This document shows positions 13,318 through 26,007 of a DNA stretch of 64,000 nt, piece by piece; position 1 is the stretch's first letter; every line of letters begins with the position of its first letter. The translations under genes and the position numbers were made by a program. The DNA comes from Azolla caroliniana (lineage: Eukaryota > Plantae > Polypodiophyta): contig JBHGNT010000016.1 in assembly GCA_043228905.1 (NCBI GenBank), positions 8,060,001-8,124,000 of the forward strand, written 5' to 3'. The notes below the pieces were generated by a model, which did not search any database, was not told the origin of the DNA, and worked only from the letters and a program-made list of their open reading frames with translations.

Positions 13318-13771
13318 TTGCATCATGGAACAAGTCTTGATGGTGCATTTGTGAGACCAAATGGCCCAACTATATACTCAAAATGCCCATATCGGGTGCC
13401 AAAAGTTGTCTTCCACTTGTCTTTAGGACGAATCTGTACAAGGTTATATGCACCTCGTAAATCAATCTTTGTAAAATATTTTGCACCACTAATCCGTTCT
13501 AAAAGACTAGAGATCAATGGGAGTGCATACCGATTCGTGATAGTAACTTTATTCAAACCCCGGTAATGCATGACTATACGAAGTGAACCATGTTTTCTCT
13601 TTACAAAGAAAATAGATGCACCAGCTACAGATTTCGAGTGTCAAATGAAATCATTTGCCAAGTTTTCCTCAATGTATGCTTGAAGAACCTTAAGCTTGAT
13701 TGGTGACAAATTGTAGCTTGGTTCCCATGGTGGCTCCTTTCCTAGTTTTAAATCAATGAGACAATCATATG
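13318..13771 (-). pseudogene. Gypsy (chromovirus) RT N-terminal fragment, inverted relative to the adjacent RNase H
   Basis: [55 protein letters not shown]. Confidence 0.88.
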
Positions 13772-16440
13772 GACAATCATATGCGTTCACATCAACTCCT
13801 ATTTTGATCCATGTTGACCAAGACAAGCCTTTTATTTTGGAAGTTGATGCATCAGATTTTGCACTCGGGAGTGTCCTGTCACAACCCAAAGAAAATAGGC
13901 TATTATATCCAGTTGCCTTTCATTTGAGGAAATTTGAAGCTAGGGAAATTAATTATGAGATTCACGACAAGGAGCTTTTGGCTATTGTAGAATCTTTTGA
14001 GAATTGGCGCCACTTCTTGGAAGGTTCTCCCCATCAAATCATTGTCTATGATGATCACAATAACGTAACATATTTCCAGAATGCTCGAGTCTTAAATCGT
14101 CGACAGGCAAGTTGGGCACAATTTCTTACACGCTTTGATTTCTTGATTGTGTATCACCCCGCAATACACCATGGAAAGGCAGATGCGCTATCTCGGCATT
14201 CGTACATGGCACCCTGTCTAGGGTAACCTACTTTTGATCATCAAAAGCAAATCCTCCTTGGTCCTTATCGTTTACAAGTGATGGCCGCTAATGCTTTTAA
14301 AACACCTACGGACTCGATACTTATAAGTACGATCCGTACTGATCTTGAAGTAGACGAATTTTCCCAAGATGTCTTGAATCATATTATTCCAAATCGTGCT
14401 TCTTGTTCAAGGTTGATGAATTCTCGTAAAGATTATAATCAGTTCAGTTGGCATGATAATTTACTTTATCGAATAATTTGCTTTATGTCCCTGATGGCCG
14501 CTCTCAACTCCTAATTTTACAACATTGCCACGATATGCCAATGGTTGGACATTTTGTAGTTCATAAAACATTGGAATTAGTTTCTAGAAATTATTGGTGA
14601 CCGCATCTTCGTAATTATGTTGAAAACTACATTCGTAGTTGTGATGCATGTTGTTGGTCCAAGTGTCCTCGACATCGACCATATGGTTTACTCCAAACCT
14701 TACCAGTTCCTAATGGTCCTTGGAAGTCTATATCTATGGATTTCATTACTGGTCTTCCATCTTCCAAAGGTTTTGATTCCATCCTTACTATTGTAGATCG
14801 GTTCACTAAGATGGCACATTTTCTACCATGCACAAAGACTATTAACAGTCAAGAGACAGCAGATTTGGTTATGCGTGAAGTGTTTCAGCATCATGGTCTT
14901 CCTGATGACATCATTAGTGATTGAGGACCACAATTTATCTCAAAATTTTGGAAACACTTGTTTGGGCTCCTCCAAATTGATTGTAAACTCTCTTCAAGCT
15001 ATCACCCAAAGACCGATGGTCAAACCGAGCGTACCAATCAAACCGTGGAACAATACCTTTGTTGCTTCATCAATTATCAAGAAGATGATTGGGTAGATTA
15101 TTTACATTTTGCGGAGTTTTCTTACAACAATTCAGTTCATTCTTTTACCAAAATTACTCCCTTCTTTGCCAACACAGTTGTTCATCCCCGTTGAACAATT
15201 CTTGACCACCCAAGAATCTCGAAAAACCCCGTTGCGGAGGATCTCCTACATCATATCCAAAAAATTCATATTGCTCTTTCTCATCATTTACATCACGCTC
15301 AAGCCACCCATAAGAAATTTGCAGATCGCCATCAACTCAACTCATCACTAGAAAAACCCAAATTTCAAGTTGGAGATCGTGTATGGCTCTTACAACGTAA
15401 TGCGAAGACCACGAAGCCTTGTAACAAGCTGGATTATCAACGCCTTGGTCCATATTTAATGACTAAACAGATCAATGAAGTTGCTTTTCAACTCGATCTC
15501 CCTCCTTATATGCGTCTTCACCCTGTGTTCCATGTCTCACTCTTGGAACCTTATACTTCAAACTCTATTCCAAATTGCGTTGTTTCCCCTCCACCTTCTA
15601 TTGAGCTTGATGAAGGCCCAGAATATGAAGTAAAATCCATTTTGGACACCAAAGTTGTGAAGAACAAATTGTATTACTTTGTTGATTTGTTGGGTTATAC
15701 ACCTACGAATCGAACGTGGGAACCAACTGAAAACCTCAGTAATACCAAAGAACTGGTAGTTGAATTTCATCAACGATATCTAAAAAAGCCAACTCCTAGT
15801 TCGTGCATTGCGACTCGTGGAACTCGTCATCAAAGGAAGGGGATAATGTCATGAACATATACCAAAACTCCAAGACTCGTAATAAGGATTCGAACCCATG
15901 ACCTCTTCAAAGATAATATGTAGCTTCAACCACTAGGATACATCATATTACATTTATTATCCAAAAGTCCAAGACTCATAATATGGATTCGAACCCATGA
16001 CCTCTTCAAAGATAATGTGTAGCTTCAACCACTAGGATATATCATATTACATTTATTAAATTGTAAATTTTTATATTAGATCAAGAAGAAACATATCTAA
16101 TAGTGTGAAACGTTGCCACCGCATAGGCTAACGCATGATTACCAAGTGTCATGCTTGCATGAATACCTAGTGGCATGCTTGCATGAATGACAAATGGCGA
16201 GCATGCGTGCCTATGAGGTGGCGAGCATGCATGTATCCAAAGCATGCTATATAAACATATAGCGAACTATTGATGAACCATTCCGGTTCAACGCCAGTCT
16301 TCGGCGTACTCATGTAACCCTTGTTCTCATTGCTATTGTAACCCTTGTTCGCATTGCTAATACATTTTCAATATCTTATTTCTCTCTCATTCCTCTCTTA
16401 TTTTCTATTTCTCATTCTTTTCTTCATTTTAAACTTGTCT
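13772..16440 (+). mobile_element. 3' half of a chromovirus (Tcn1/Tf1-like) Gypsy: RNase H, integrase, chromodomain, PPT, 3' LTR starting at 15847
   Basis: EVDASDFALGSVL, NYEIHDKELLAI, MDFITGLP, YHPKTDGQTER, chromodomain EYEVKSILD..RTWEP; PPT AAAGGAAGGGGATAA followed by TGTCATGA. LTR end approximate. Confidence 0.88.
15862..16058 (-). promoter_or_regulatory. 99-bp tandem duplication in the LTR U3; each copy has a tRNA-like Pol III A-box and B-box
   Basis: Minus strand reads TATCCTAGTGG-N33-GGTTCGAATCC twice (B-boxes at 15886-15896 and 15985-15995). The spacing matches tRNA genes. Confidence 0.65.
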
Positions 16441-16458
16441 TTGGCTACGGCCCTAATA

Positions 16459-16992
16459 CCTTGTTTTTGTAAAGACACGGGTTGTTTCCAATTGTTGCAC
16501 TCATAATGTCAACTCCTCGTGTTGTTGCTTTTCTACAGTGATTTGTTTTAGATCAGCCAACACACGTTGATTTTTTGTTGAGTGTTATCTAACACTATCA
16601 ATATCTCCAAAACATGCTTTGAACTCACTAGTGAACTCCTCAAAATCATTTAACAAAGGAGATCCTTTTCCTAACAAAGGGGCAAACCATGCTAATAATG
16701 TTCCCCTTAGTAATGTGCCTATAAACCCCACTCACGATGCATTAGTTCGATATCAAGAAGAATGTATTTGAATTACTAAGCGTACCTGATTGAGGAACCC
16801 TCTAAACAATGATCATGTTCCATCAAACTTCATATTAGGTTCTTTAAGGATCCCTTGAGTTCTTATTCCTTGTTTTTGTAAAGACGCAGTGCTTGTTTCC
16901 AATTGTTCACTCGTAATGTCAACTCCTTGTGTTGTTGTTGGTTTTCTATGGTGATTTGTTTTAGATCAGCCAACGAACGTTGATTTTCTTGT
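16459..16992. repeat. ~125-bp direct repeat pair (16459-16579 and 16868-16992)
   Basis: Both copies read CCTTGTTTTTGTAAAGAC...GTTTCCAATTGTT...AATGTCAACTCCT...GTGATTTGTTTTAGATCAGCCAAC...CGTTGATTTT. Confidence 0.8.
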
Positions 16993-17064
16993 TCCACTAC
17001 AAGGACTTTCCCTCAAGCATTAAAGCTCCAAAAGGAAGGATTTGTATTCTTATGCACTAACAAA

Positions 17065-17164
17065 TGTCAGGGATAGTACTAGAGGCAAGGAGAATTAGTA
17101 CTAAAGGTAGAGGAGAAGAATGAGGATTAGTACTAAGAACGAAAAGAGTGTGTGAGAACCATGT

Positions 17165-17216
<52 letters not shown>

Positions 17217-17527
17217 GATGACAACAAGTACATTATATTATAAGAAGAAAGATACAAGAACGGCTAGGAGGATTAAGACTGGTGTTGAACCAAAATGGTC
17301 CGGAATAATGCCTTTTGCCTCTATTTATAGTGTTGTCAAGATTACTCTTGAAATTTCTAGAATGTTCCAGAGTAATCTAGAGTATACATGAATTTCCTAT
17401 AGAAATAATAAATGAAACTAATATCTTTCGTATTACAATTAATGGTTTAATGGCAAGGGTTTAGCCCATGTAACACAAGGTCATGGATTCAAATCCCTTC
17501 AGAGCCATACCATGCCATATCATGACA
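17065..17527 (-). repeat. 3' LTR of the large Gypsy element, with a (TA)n microsatellite and a tRNA-like cassette (~17444-17497)
   Basis: TGTCAGGG...CATGACA termini; followed by CTACCCCTTGCCC (PPT on minus). Confidence 0.9.
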
Positions 17528-18367
17528 CTACCCCTTGCCCGCCTTAAGAACACGATGAGTGTGACGAGTCTTCGATGGAAGACCCGGTTTGTCGGGATAT
17601 TGTTGATGGAAGTTCTGAATAAGAGCTCGAGCATTTGCGATTGGTTCCCAAGTACGCTCGCTTGGACTATATCCTAACCAATTGACCAAATAGTAGAGCT
17701 TGTTGCGAACAATCTTGGAATTGAGGATGGCAGCAACTTAGTACTCTGGTCCTGCTTCAAGCTCGATGGGGGGTGGAGGTGGTGTAATACGATTCGGAAT
17801 AGCGTTATCTTGATAGGGTTCGAGAAGAGAACTATGAAAAACTAGGTGTAACCGTAGTTGTGGAGGTAGATCAAGAAGAAAAGTGACATCATTCATTTTT
17901 CTGATAAATACGAAAAGGACCTAATCATCGATAATCCAATTTATTGCATGGTCGAGTAGTCTTGATGTGTCGTCGTAATAGCCATACCCGATTTCCAATG
18001 TCAAAATAGGATGGAAGCCGATGACGATCTGCATAAGCCTTCTGTGTTTGTTGAGCTTGATGCAAATGGGTAGATAGGTCTGCTTGTATCTTGCATAGCC
18101 GCTCCAAATGATCCTCTACACGAGGATTTGTGGGTAACTCTAGAGTTTCGAACACACACCATCAAGGATGATAGCCTCTATAAGCATAAAATGGTGTAAC
18201 CCTAGTCAATGAGTGGATAGAGTTATTATAAGAAAATTCGGCAAAGTGGAGAATATCCGCCCAATCATCTTGTTGATAGCTTAGAAAACACTGAAGATAT
18301 TGTTCTAGCATTTGATTTGTTCGTTCTGTTTGGCCATCTGTTTGAGGGTGATAGCCAGAGGAAAGGT

Positions 18368-19033
18368 TACAAGTGACCTTGAGCATTTTGAAGAGATGCT
18401 TCCAGAATTGAGGTTCATGGTCGCTGATGATACTATCCGGGAGGCCATGATGCTGAAATACCTCACGCATGAAAATTTCGGTGGTTTCTTCACTAGTGAT
18501 AGCCTTAGTACAAGGCAGAAAATGTGTCATCTTAGTATATCAATCCATTATTGTTAAGATCGCATCGAATCCCTTCGAAACTGGAAGATCTATGATAAAA
18601 TCTAGAGAAATGGACTACCACGACTTGCTTGGAATTGGTAATGGTTCCAATAAACCATACGGATGATGTCTTGGCATCTTTGTTCTGCAACATGTATCAC
18701 TACAAGTGACCTTGAGAATTTTGAAGAGATGCTTCCAGAATTGAGGTTCATGGTCGTTGATGATACTATCCGGGAGGCCATGATGCCGAAATACCTCATG
18801 CATGAAAATTTTGGTGGTTTCTTCACTAGTGATAGCCTTAGTACAAGGCAGAAAATGTGTCATCTTAGTATATTAATCCATTATTGTTAAGATCGCATCG
18901 AATCCCTTCGAAACTGGAAGATCTGTGATAAAATCTAGAGAAATGGATTGCCACGACTTGCTTGGAATTGGTAATGGTTCCAATAAACCATACAGATGAT
19001 GTCTTGGCATCTTTGTTCTGCAACATGTATCAC
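18368..19033. repeat. 333-bp tandem duplication within the Gypsy integrase
   Basis: TACAAGTGACC at 18368 and 18701. Duplicated peptide MTHFLPCTKAITSEETT..HHGLPDSII in ORFs 18162-18530 and 18615-18863. Confidence 0.92.
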
Positions 19034-20109
19034 ATGTCCTAACATAGTCTTTGACAAATCGTCGCATATGAGGCCACCGAAATGATCGTTGTACTAAATC
19101 TAACGTTTTAGTACTACCAAAATGTCTCGTTGTATATTTTTCATGACAATTTTGGACTACTCCAAAGCGACAAGAACCATTGGGAACATACAAGAGTTTC
19201 TTAAAGACTAGTAATCCATCATGACATTCGAATTGTCGATAGTCTGTACCTTGTTGTTGCGATTGTGAACATTTTGCCCGCGAGGTATCAATTTGCGCTA
19301 GAATGGCTTGAGCGAAAACGTCTATCTTCAAGTCTTCACGTATGATCTCGATAATCTGGGAATCCAATGGAGTGTCAAAAACCCACGTTGCTTGTAGTTG
19401 TGTTGGTCCTAGGATGACTTGCTTTTGATTATCAAATGGTGGATCACCGGGACGAGGTGCTAGATACGAGCGCCGCAATAACGCATCTGCCTTCCCTTGT
19501 TGCTTCCCAAGACGATATGTAATTTCGATGTCAAAACAAGTGAGGAATTGGGCCCATCGAGCTTGTCGTCGATTTAATACACAAGCATTCCGGAAATAGG
19601 CAAGGTTTTTGTGATCACTTAATACGGTGACTTGATGAGGATATCCGTCTAAAAGATGCCTCTATTGTGCAAAAGAATCTACTATTGCTAATAGCTCCTT
19701 GTCATGTATCTCGTAGTTGATTTCGGCGGCGTCAAACTTGTGCGAGTAGAAAGCTACAAGATGTAGTTTTTCATTATCGCCCTGTTGTGACAAAATGCTA
19801 CCAAGGGCGAAATCCGATGCGTCTGCCTCCATCATGAACAGTTTTCTCAGATCAACATGAGCTAGAATAGGAGCTGATGTAAATGCTTTCTTAAGATTTA
19901 CAAAATCCGTGTTTGCTTCCTTAGAACAAACAAATGATTACCCCTTCTTGGTAAGTTGTGTGAGAGGCAAAATAAGCTTTGAGTAGTCCTGAATAAACTT
20001 GCAGTAGAAATTTGCGAAGCCTAAAAAATATTGCACATCTCGCAACGAACGGGGAACGAACGGGGAGTCTGCCACTCTACCACAGTTTTGACCTTAGTTG
20101 GATCCATAG

Positions 20110-23100
20110 TGTAAAGAATCAAGAGATGGATTCTTGTGAAGCGGAATAGGTGTGAACTGGGTGTGTGTGTGAGATAGTGAAAGAGAGAGAGAGACACACA
20201 CACAGAGTATACGCAAGGTGAAAAGTATATTAACAAAGGAGAAAGACACAACCTTATACAAGGTGGGAGGAGGGTGCTTTATGTAGTCACCCTCTCTCTT
20301 CATTAACTACAAGACTCATGGAGCATGGGGAATGTGAAAGCTCATAAGTTATGTGTCATAGAATATGATTCTATGACTCATACTAAATGCTAGAATACAA
20401 AGTGGTGACATGAAAAGAATGGCGTGCGGAAGCAATCTAGGAAAACCGAACAACAAAAAACGCAGGTTTAATGGAAAGCTTAGGTTTGCACAGTACACAC
20501 AGAAGAGACAAAGAGAGAGAGTAACTCAAGAACTTAAATTCAAAAAATAATACACAATCTCTACATAGGATGTGCTCAGTGAGCACTTTTATACAAGCCC
20601 TGACAATGGGCTGACACAAGTACTGGCAGTACTTGACTGCTCATAAATGAGCCTCGACACTTACTCCCAAAACTATTCCTTACGAGGAATATCTTTCTAA
20701 CGGCCTTTCGATCTACGCACCGATACGGCCTTTCTACGCACTGGTCTGCGTACCGGTTTTATGCACCCAGTCTACGCATTGTATTACGCACAAATGTTGA
20801 GCTTGTCTCTCAACATGACATAATGGTGACTCTTGACCGTTGGAGTGTCTCTTCACTCTCAAGGTGAGTTCACACACTAGACCAAGTTGAGCTTGATTCT
20901 CAACACGCCCCCTCAAGCTCAAGTCGGGTCGGTTTCAGACGGTATCCGAAATCCGCTTCAACTCACGTTCCGGAGTTCGCGTCGACTCGCTTTATGTGGA
21001 GTTGCGGAATCCATGCCCCAGCTTGCGTTTTGCGTAGTTACGAAGTCTGTGCTTCGGCTTGCATCTTTCTTCGCGGCTTTGCGCGGTAGATCGGCTCTTC
21101 ACTGCTTCGTTGCATGGTTGCGGAATCCACGCGTTATTGTGTAGTGTCTTCAGTACTCCCCCTCAAGCTTGGCAGGTCAGGGATCGTCAATCCGAGATCG
21201 GTCATGAATTGCCATAGCTTGTCGGCTCCTAAGGCTTTAGTGAAGATGTCGGCCGTTTGAAGATTGGTGCTAATGTGTTGTAGGTCGACATCGTCAGCCA
21301 GAACGCGCTCTCGAATGAAGTGATAGTGCACTTCGATGTGCTTTGTCCGCGTGTGGAACACCGGGTTCCGAGCCAGATAGATACTGCTCATGTTGTCGCA
21401 GTACAGGGAAGTCGGATCCTTGATGGGTACGACTAGATCCTTCAAAATCCTCTTGAGCCATACGGCTTCACACACAGCTACGACTACGCCCCTGTATTCC
21501 GCCTCCGTACTCGAAAGAGCGACGGTAGGCTACTTCTTGCTACTCCAAGATATTGCTCCACTACCGAGGGAGAAAACAAATCCGGATGTTGATCTTCTAT
21601 CAGCTTTGTAGCCAGCCCAATCGGCGTCTGTGTACCCCTCGAGTCGTATTGGCATCGCAGTCTTGTAGAGGATGCCACAATCCATTGTGCCGCTCACGTA
21701 GTGTAGAACTCGCTTAGCGCAATCTAAGTGAGTATCACGCAATGTTTGCATGAATTGGCTAAGGAGACTGACCGGATAACTGAGATCGGGTCGTGTGATC
21801 ATGAGGTAGATGAGACTCCCGATGAGTTGCCGATACTGAGTCGGCTCACACGCTTTGGTGCCAGAGTTCGCATCTAGTTTGAGATTGCGATCGAGCGGGG
21901 TTGCTACGGATTTACACTCAGCCATCCTGAACTTGTATTACAAGTTGAGGATGTAGTGCCGTCGAGAGATCATGATTCCGGCCGGAGTCCGAATTACCTC
22001 GATGCCGAGGAAGTAGTGGAGCTCCTTCATGTCCGTCATCTCGAACTTGTCGAAAAGGATGGATTTGACCTTAGTGATTTCGACGAGATGCTCACCTCCA
22101 ATGACTAGGTCATCCACATATAAGATGATGACGATCGGACTTGCGGAATCGCTTCGTATGTAGAGAGAGTTGTCCGATTTTGACATACGGAAGCCGATTT
22201 GATGAAGATATTGAGTTATCTTCGAATGCCAAGCACGCGGTGCTTGCTTGAGGCCGTAGAGTGGCTTCTTGAGTCGGCAAATCGCTTTCAGATGGGTGCT
22301 CAAGTTGAAGCCGGGTGGTTGGATCATGTACACCTCCTCTTCTAATTCACCTTGTAGAAAGGCGTTCTTGACGTCCATTTGATGGAGGTGCCACCCTTTC
22401 GCCACGGCAATCGCAATTACGGTCCGCACCGTCGTCATCTTTGCCACCGGGGCAAAGGTCTCTTCGTAGTCAACGCCATGCGTCTGAGCGTATCCTTTTG
22501 CTACGAGTCGAGCTTTGTAGCGGTTGACGGAACCGTCGGCATTGTACTTTACTTTGTAGATCCATCTGCATCCGATCGCCTTTTTGTGTAGTGAGGTGGG
22601 AATGAGATCCCACGTCTCGTTCTTCTGTAGTGCCTGCATCTCCTCATTCATTGCTTCGATCCATCGTGGGTCCTTCGCGGCTTCGGAAAAGGTTTCTGGC
22701 TCCCATACTGTTGCTACCTTCATCATAAAGGCGTAATGGTACGCCATATAATCGTTGTAGCCGAATCAGCTTACATGGTTTTTTTCACGAGTGGATCGGC
22801 GGAGCTTCTCGTTTGCAGAGATAAGGGCTTTCTTAGCTCCGATTGGTACCTCGAAACTGCCAACCTCACTGTCGAGTGAGTGAGTCGACTCATCGTCGTC
22901 GACACGATCACCTGCGTATTCCGCCATTTTTGCCTTGCCTTTGTCCATCTTCGGGCTAGGCCGTGATGTGATTTGATCGCTCGGAGGCTCGTGTGGTCCG
23001 CTCAGTCGGGTCGTGATCGGACTTTCTTCGAACATGCGCGTAGAATGATCTTCATCCTCTATCTCTTGTTCAGCGGATTCCGGGTCGAGCGGGGTCGGAG

Positions 23101-26007
23101 TCGAAGTTGTCTCTGGTGCGTAACAGGATGCGAACTCATCAAACACGACGTCTCGACTTACTCGAGATTTTCGAGTTGAGGGGTTGTAGCACTTGTACCC
23201 CTTTTGTTCCAGTGAGTATCTTACGAGGATACATTTCTCTGACTTTGGGTCAAGCTTTTGACGCTTCTCGTCAGGGATGTGCACATATGCTATCGCGCCG
23301 AATATCCGGATATGCGATAAGTCTGGCTTCCTTCCGAAGTATTTTTCGTGCGGAGTGACCTCGTGCGCGCCGGATGTTGTGCATCGGTTCATTAGGTAGA
23401 CGGCCGTATTTGCAACTTCAGCCCAATATGACTTGGGCATATGCTTCTCATTCATCATGGCCCGTGCTACTTCGAGGATGTGCCAATTTTTGTGTTCGGC
23501 TACTCCATTTTGTTGCGGAGTGTGTCGGCAAGTGAATTCTCGCTGAATTCCTTCCTTTCGGAGATACGTCGTGAAATCGTCCGAGAAGTACTCCTTGTCG
23601 CCATCCGATCAAAGGCATCGTACATGTCGGCCCGTGGTTTTCTCGACTTCATTCTTGAAATTTTGGAAGTGTTCGAACACTTCGCTCTTTTGCCACATCA
23701 GGTAGATCCAAGTGTGCCTAGAAAAGTCGTTGATGAAGAGCACGTAATATCGGCATCCGCCGAATGTCGCTGTTTGAGCCGGACCCCATACATCGGAATG
23801 AATTACGTCGAGTACGCCTTTGCTTACATTCCGCTCCTTCGGAAATGGGTGTTGGTGTTGCTTGCCGAATTGGCATGTTTCGCATACACCTTCAATCTCC
23901 TTCTCTTTGAATGTCGGGAGTCTGATGACGACTCCTTTCAATTTCATTGCTTTGAGTTTGTTGAGATTGATGTGGCCGATTCGCTTATGCCATAGCTCTA
24001 TGTCAGAGTCGGCTTTCGTGCTTTTCGCGAACATGGCGGATTTCATCTCGTGCGAATCGAGAATGAACATCCGGCCCTCTCTTCTTCCGCATGCAATGAT
24101 TCGCCCTTCTTTTTCAATGAAGCACCCTTCTTGGTCGAATCGTACTTGCATCCCTTGCTCAACCATTTGGCCGACCGAGACCAAATTCATTGTGATGGTG
24201 GGAACATGCAAGACATTTTTAATGTATGTTTGCTTACCTCTTTCGTCGAACGGAACATTGCCGATGTGCCGAATCGGGTGCGTAGTGTCATCTCCAGTTT
24301 CGACATAACTGGGTCGCTCCGGCTCTCGAAGTTCGAGAAACCATTCTTTGTGGGATGTCATATGGTTTGAGGCTCCGGAGTCAACAAACCATACGTCCTC
24401 TGGATTGAGGGCACTAGTTGAGGTAGAGGCCGACATAGAGTTTGCTCTATGTTTCATCATGAACATTCCGCCACGGTCGGAGTTGTATGCGTACATTCCG
24501 CCACGATCCTCGTAGTCGGAGTTGTGCCCGTACATTCCGCTATACTCTCCGTAGTCGGAATTGTGCACATAATTCGTGAGTTGTCGGCTTGTGGAAGCCG
24601 ATTCACACATCTTCTTTCGACACTCTCCTTCGTGGTGGCCAAGCTTTCCGCAATATCCGCATTCGGTTGCGTTTTGACGGCTCGGGCCAGAGTGGAAGCT
24701 CCCCCTTCTTGCGAAGGTTCCTCGTTGGCCTCCATTTTGCGGCCAAAATTGGGAGTTGTTGTCGTAGGTCGGACCTCGTCCGCCTTGTCCTTGGCCAAAT
24801 CAGCCTCTCGCTCGTCCGCGTCCTCTTCCTCCATTAGAGTGCGTGTAGAGCATGTGGCCTTCCGACTCATTGCTCCTTATACGCACGTGGTTTTCTTCGA
24901 CCAATAGCATTGATTGGAGCTCGAAGAAGGAGGGAGATTTCTCCCGTGCTAGAACGGCGGTTCGCATCACGCCGAACCGTGGTGCGAGGCCGCCGAGGCA
25001 TATTTGCACCATCTCATCATCATCTATACTTACGCTTATTGAGCCGAGCGAGTCGCAAAGCTCCTTGATCTTCAAGGTGTATGTCGTGATGGACATATCC
25101 CTTTGTTGAATGTTGTTCAACTCTTGGCGGAGTTGAAGCTTCCTCGCGGTCGTGTTGGCGGCGAAAATCTTTCGTAGATTTTCCCACGCTTCCCTCGGCA
25201 TCTTGGCTTCTCGAATGTAACCGAGCATGTAGTCATGAACACATATCGCCAAACAATACATCATGCGGCTTGCGGCTTGCTCCCATGTCGCGTATCCGGG
25301 AGCCGCTTTGGCGGGTCGGTCTTCATGCGCTCCTTTGATGTAGCTCGAATAGCCTTGTCCGACAAGGTATTGGTGCATATTGTACTCCCAAGATGCGAAG
25401 TTGTTTCGATCCAACTTCTCGGAAGGGAGAACGCTCCCCATTTGAGTATTCCTTATGTCGATTCTTCTTCTTCTTCTTCTCTCTTCGAATGCGAGCTATG
25501 TAGCGAAGCTACAATAGCGATGAGCTAGTTCTTGGTCGTCGGCGTGGAGCACAACACACGATCACGATGAGGCAAATGGGCTAGATCGAGCTACCAAATT
25601 GCTCTGATACCATGTAAAGAATCAAGAGATGGATTCTTGTGAAGCGAATAGGTGTGAATTGTGTGTGTGTGTGTGAGATAGTGAGTGAGAGAGAGAGAGA
25701 CACACACACACACACAGAGTATACGCAAGGTTAAAAGTATATTAACAAAGGAGAAAGACACAACCTTATACAAGGTGGGAGGAGGGTGCTTTATGTAGTC
25801 ACCCTCTCTCTTCATTAACTACAAGACTCATGGAGCATGGGGAATGTGAAAGCTCATAAGTTATGTGTCATAGAATATGATTCTATGACTCATACTAAAT
25901 GCTAGAATACAAAGTGGTGACATAATGGTGACTCTTGACCGTTGGAGTGTCTCTTCACTCTCAAGGTGAGTTCACACACTAGACCAAGTTGAGCTTGATT
26001 CTCAACA
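20110..26007 (-). mobile_element. Complete Ty1/Copia element A (gag-PR-IN-RT-RH, disrupted by stops and frameshifts)
   Basis: LTRs 20110-20905 and 25613-26007; perfect TSD CATAG (20105-20109, 26008-26012); PBS TGGTATCAGAGC; PPT. Motifs WFVDSGASNHM, HQMDVKNAFL, LYVDDL, GYTDADWAG, RTKHIEVHYHF. Confidence 0.96.
20411..20815 (-). mobile_element. Solo LTR inserted in the 3' LTR of Copia A
   Basis: TGAAAAG...CTCAACA flanked by TSD TGACA (20406-20410, 20816-20820). Absent from the sister LTR, which has a single TGACA. Confidence 0.93.

Noticed and set aside
15870-16045. Functional tRNA genes
   Set aside because: A/B boxes are present, but I could not form convincing acceptor or anticodon stems. 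Treated as tRNA-derived cassettes.
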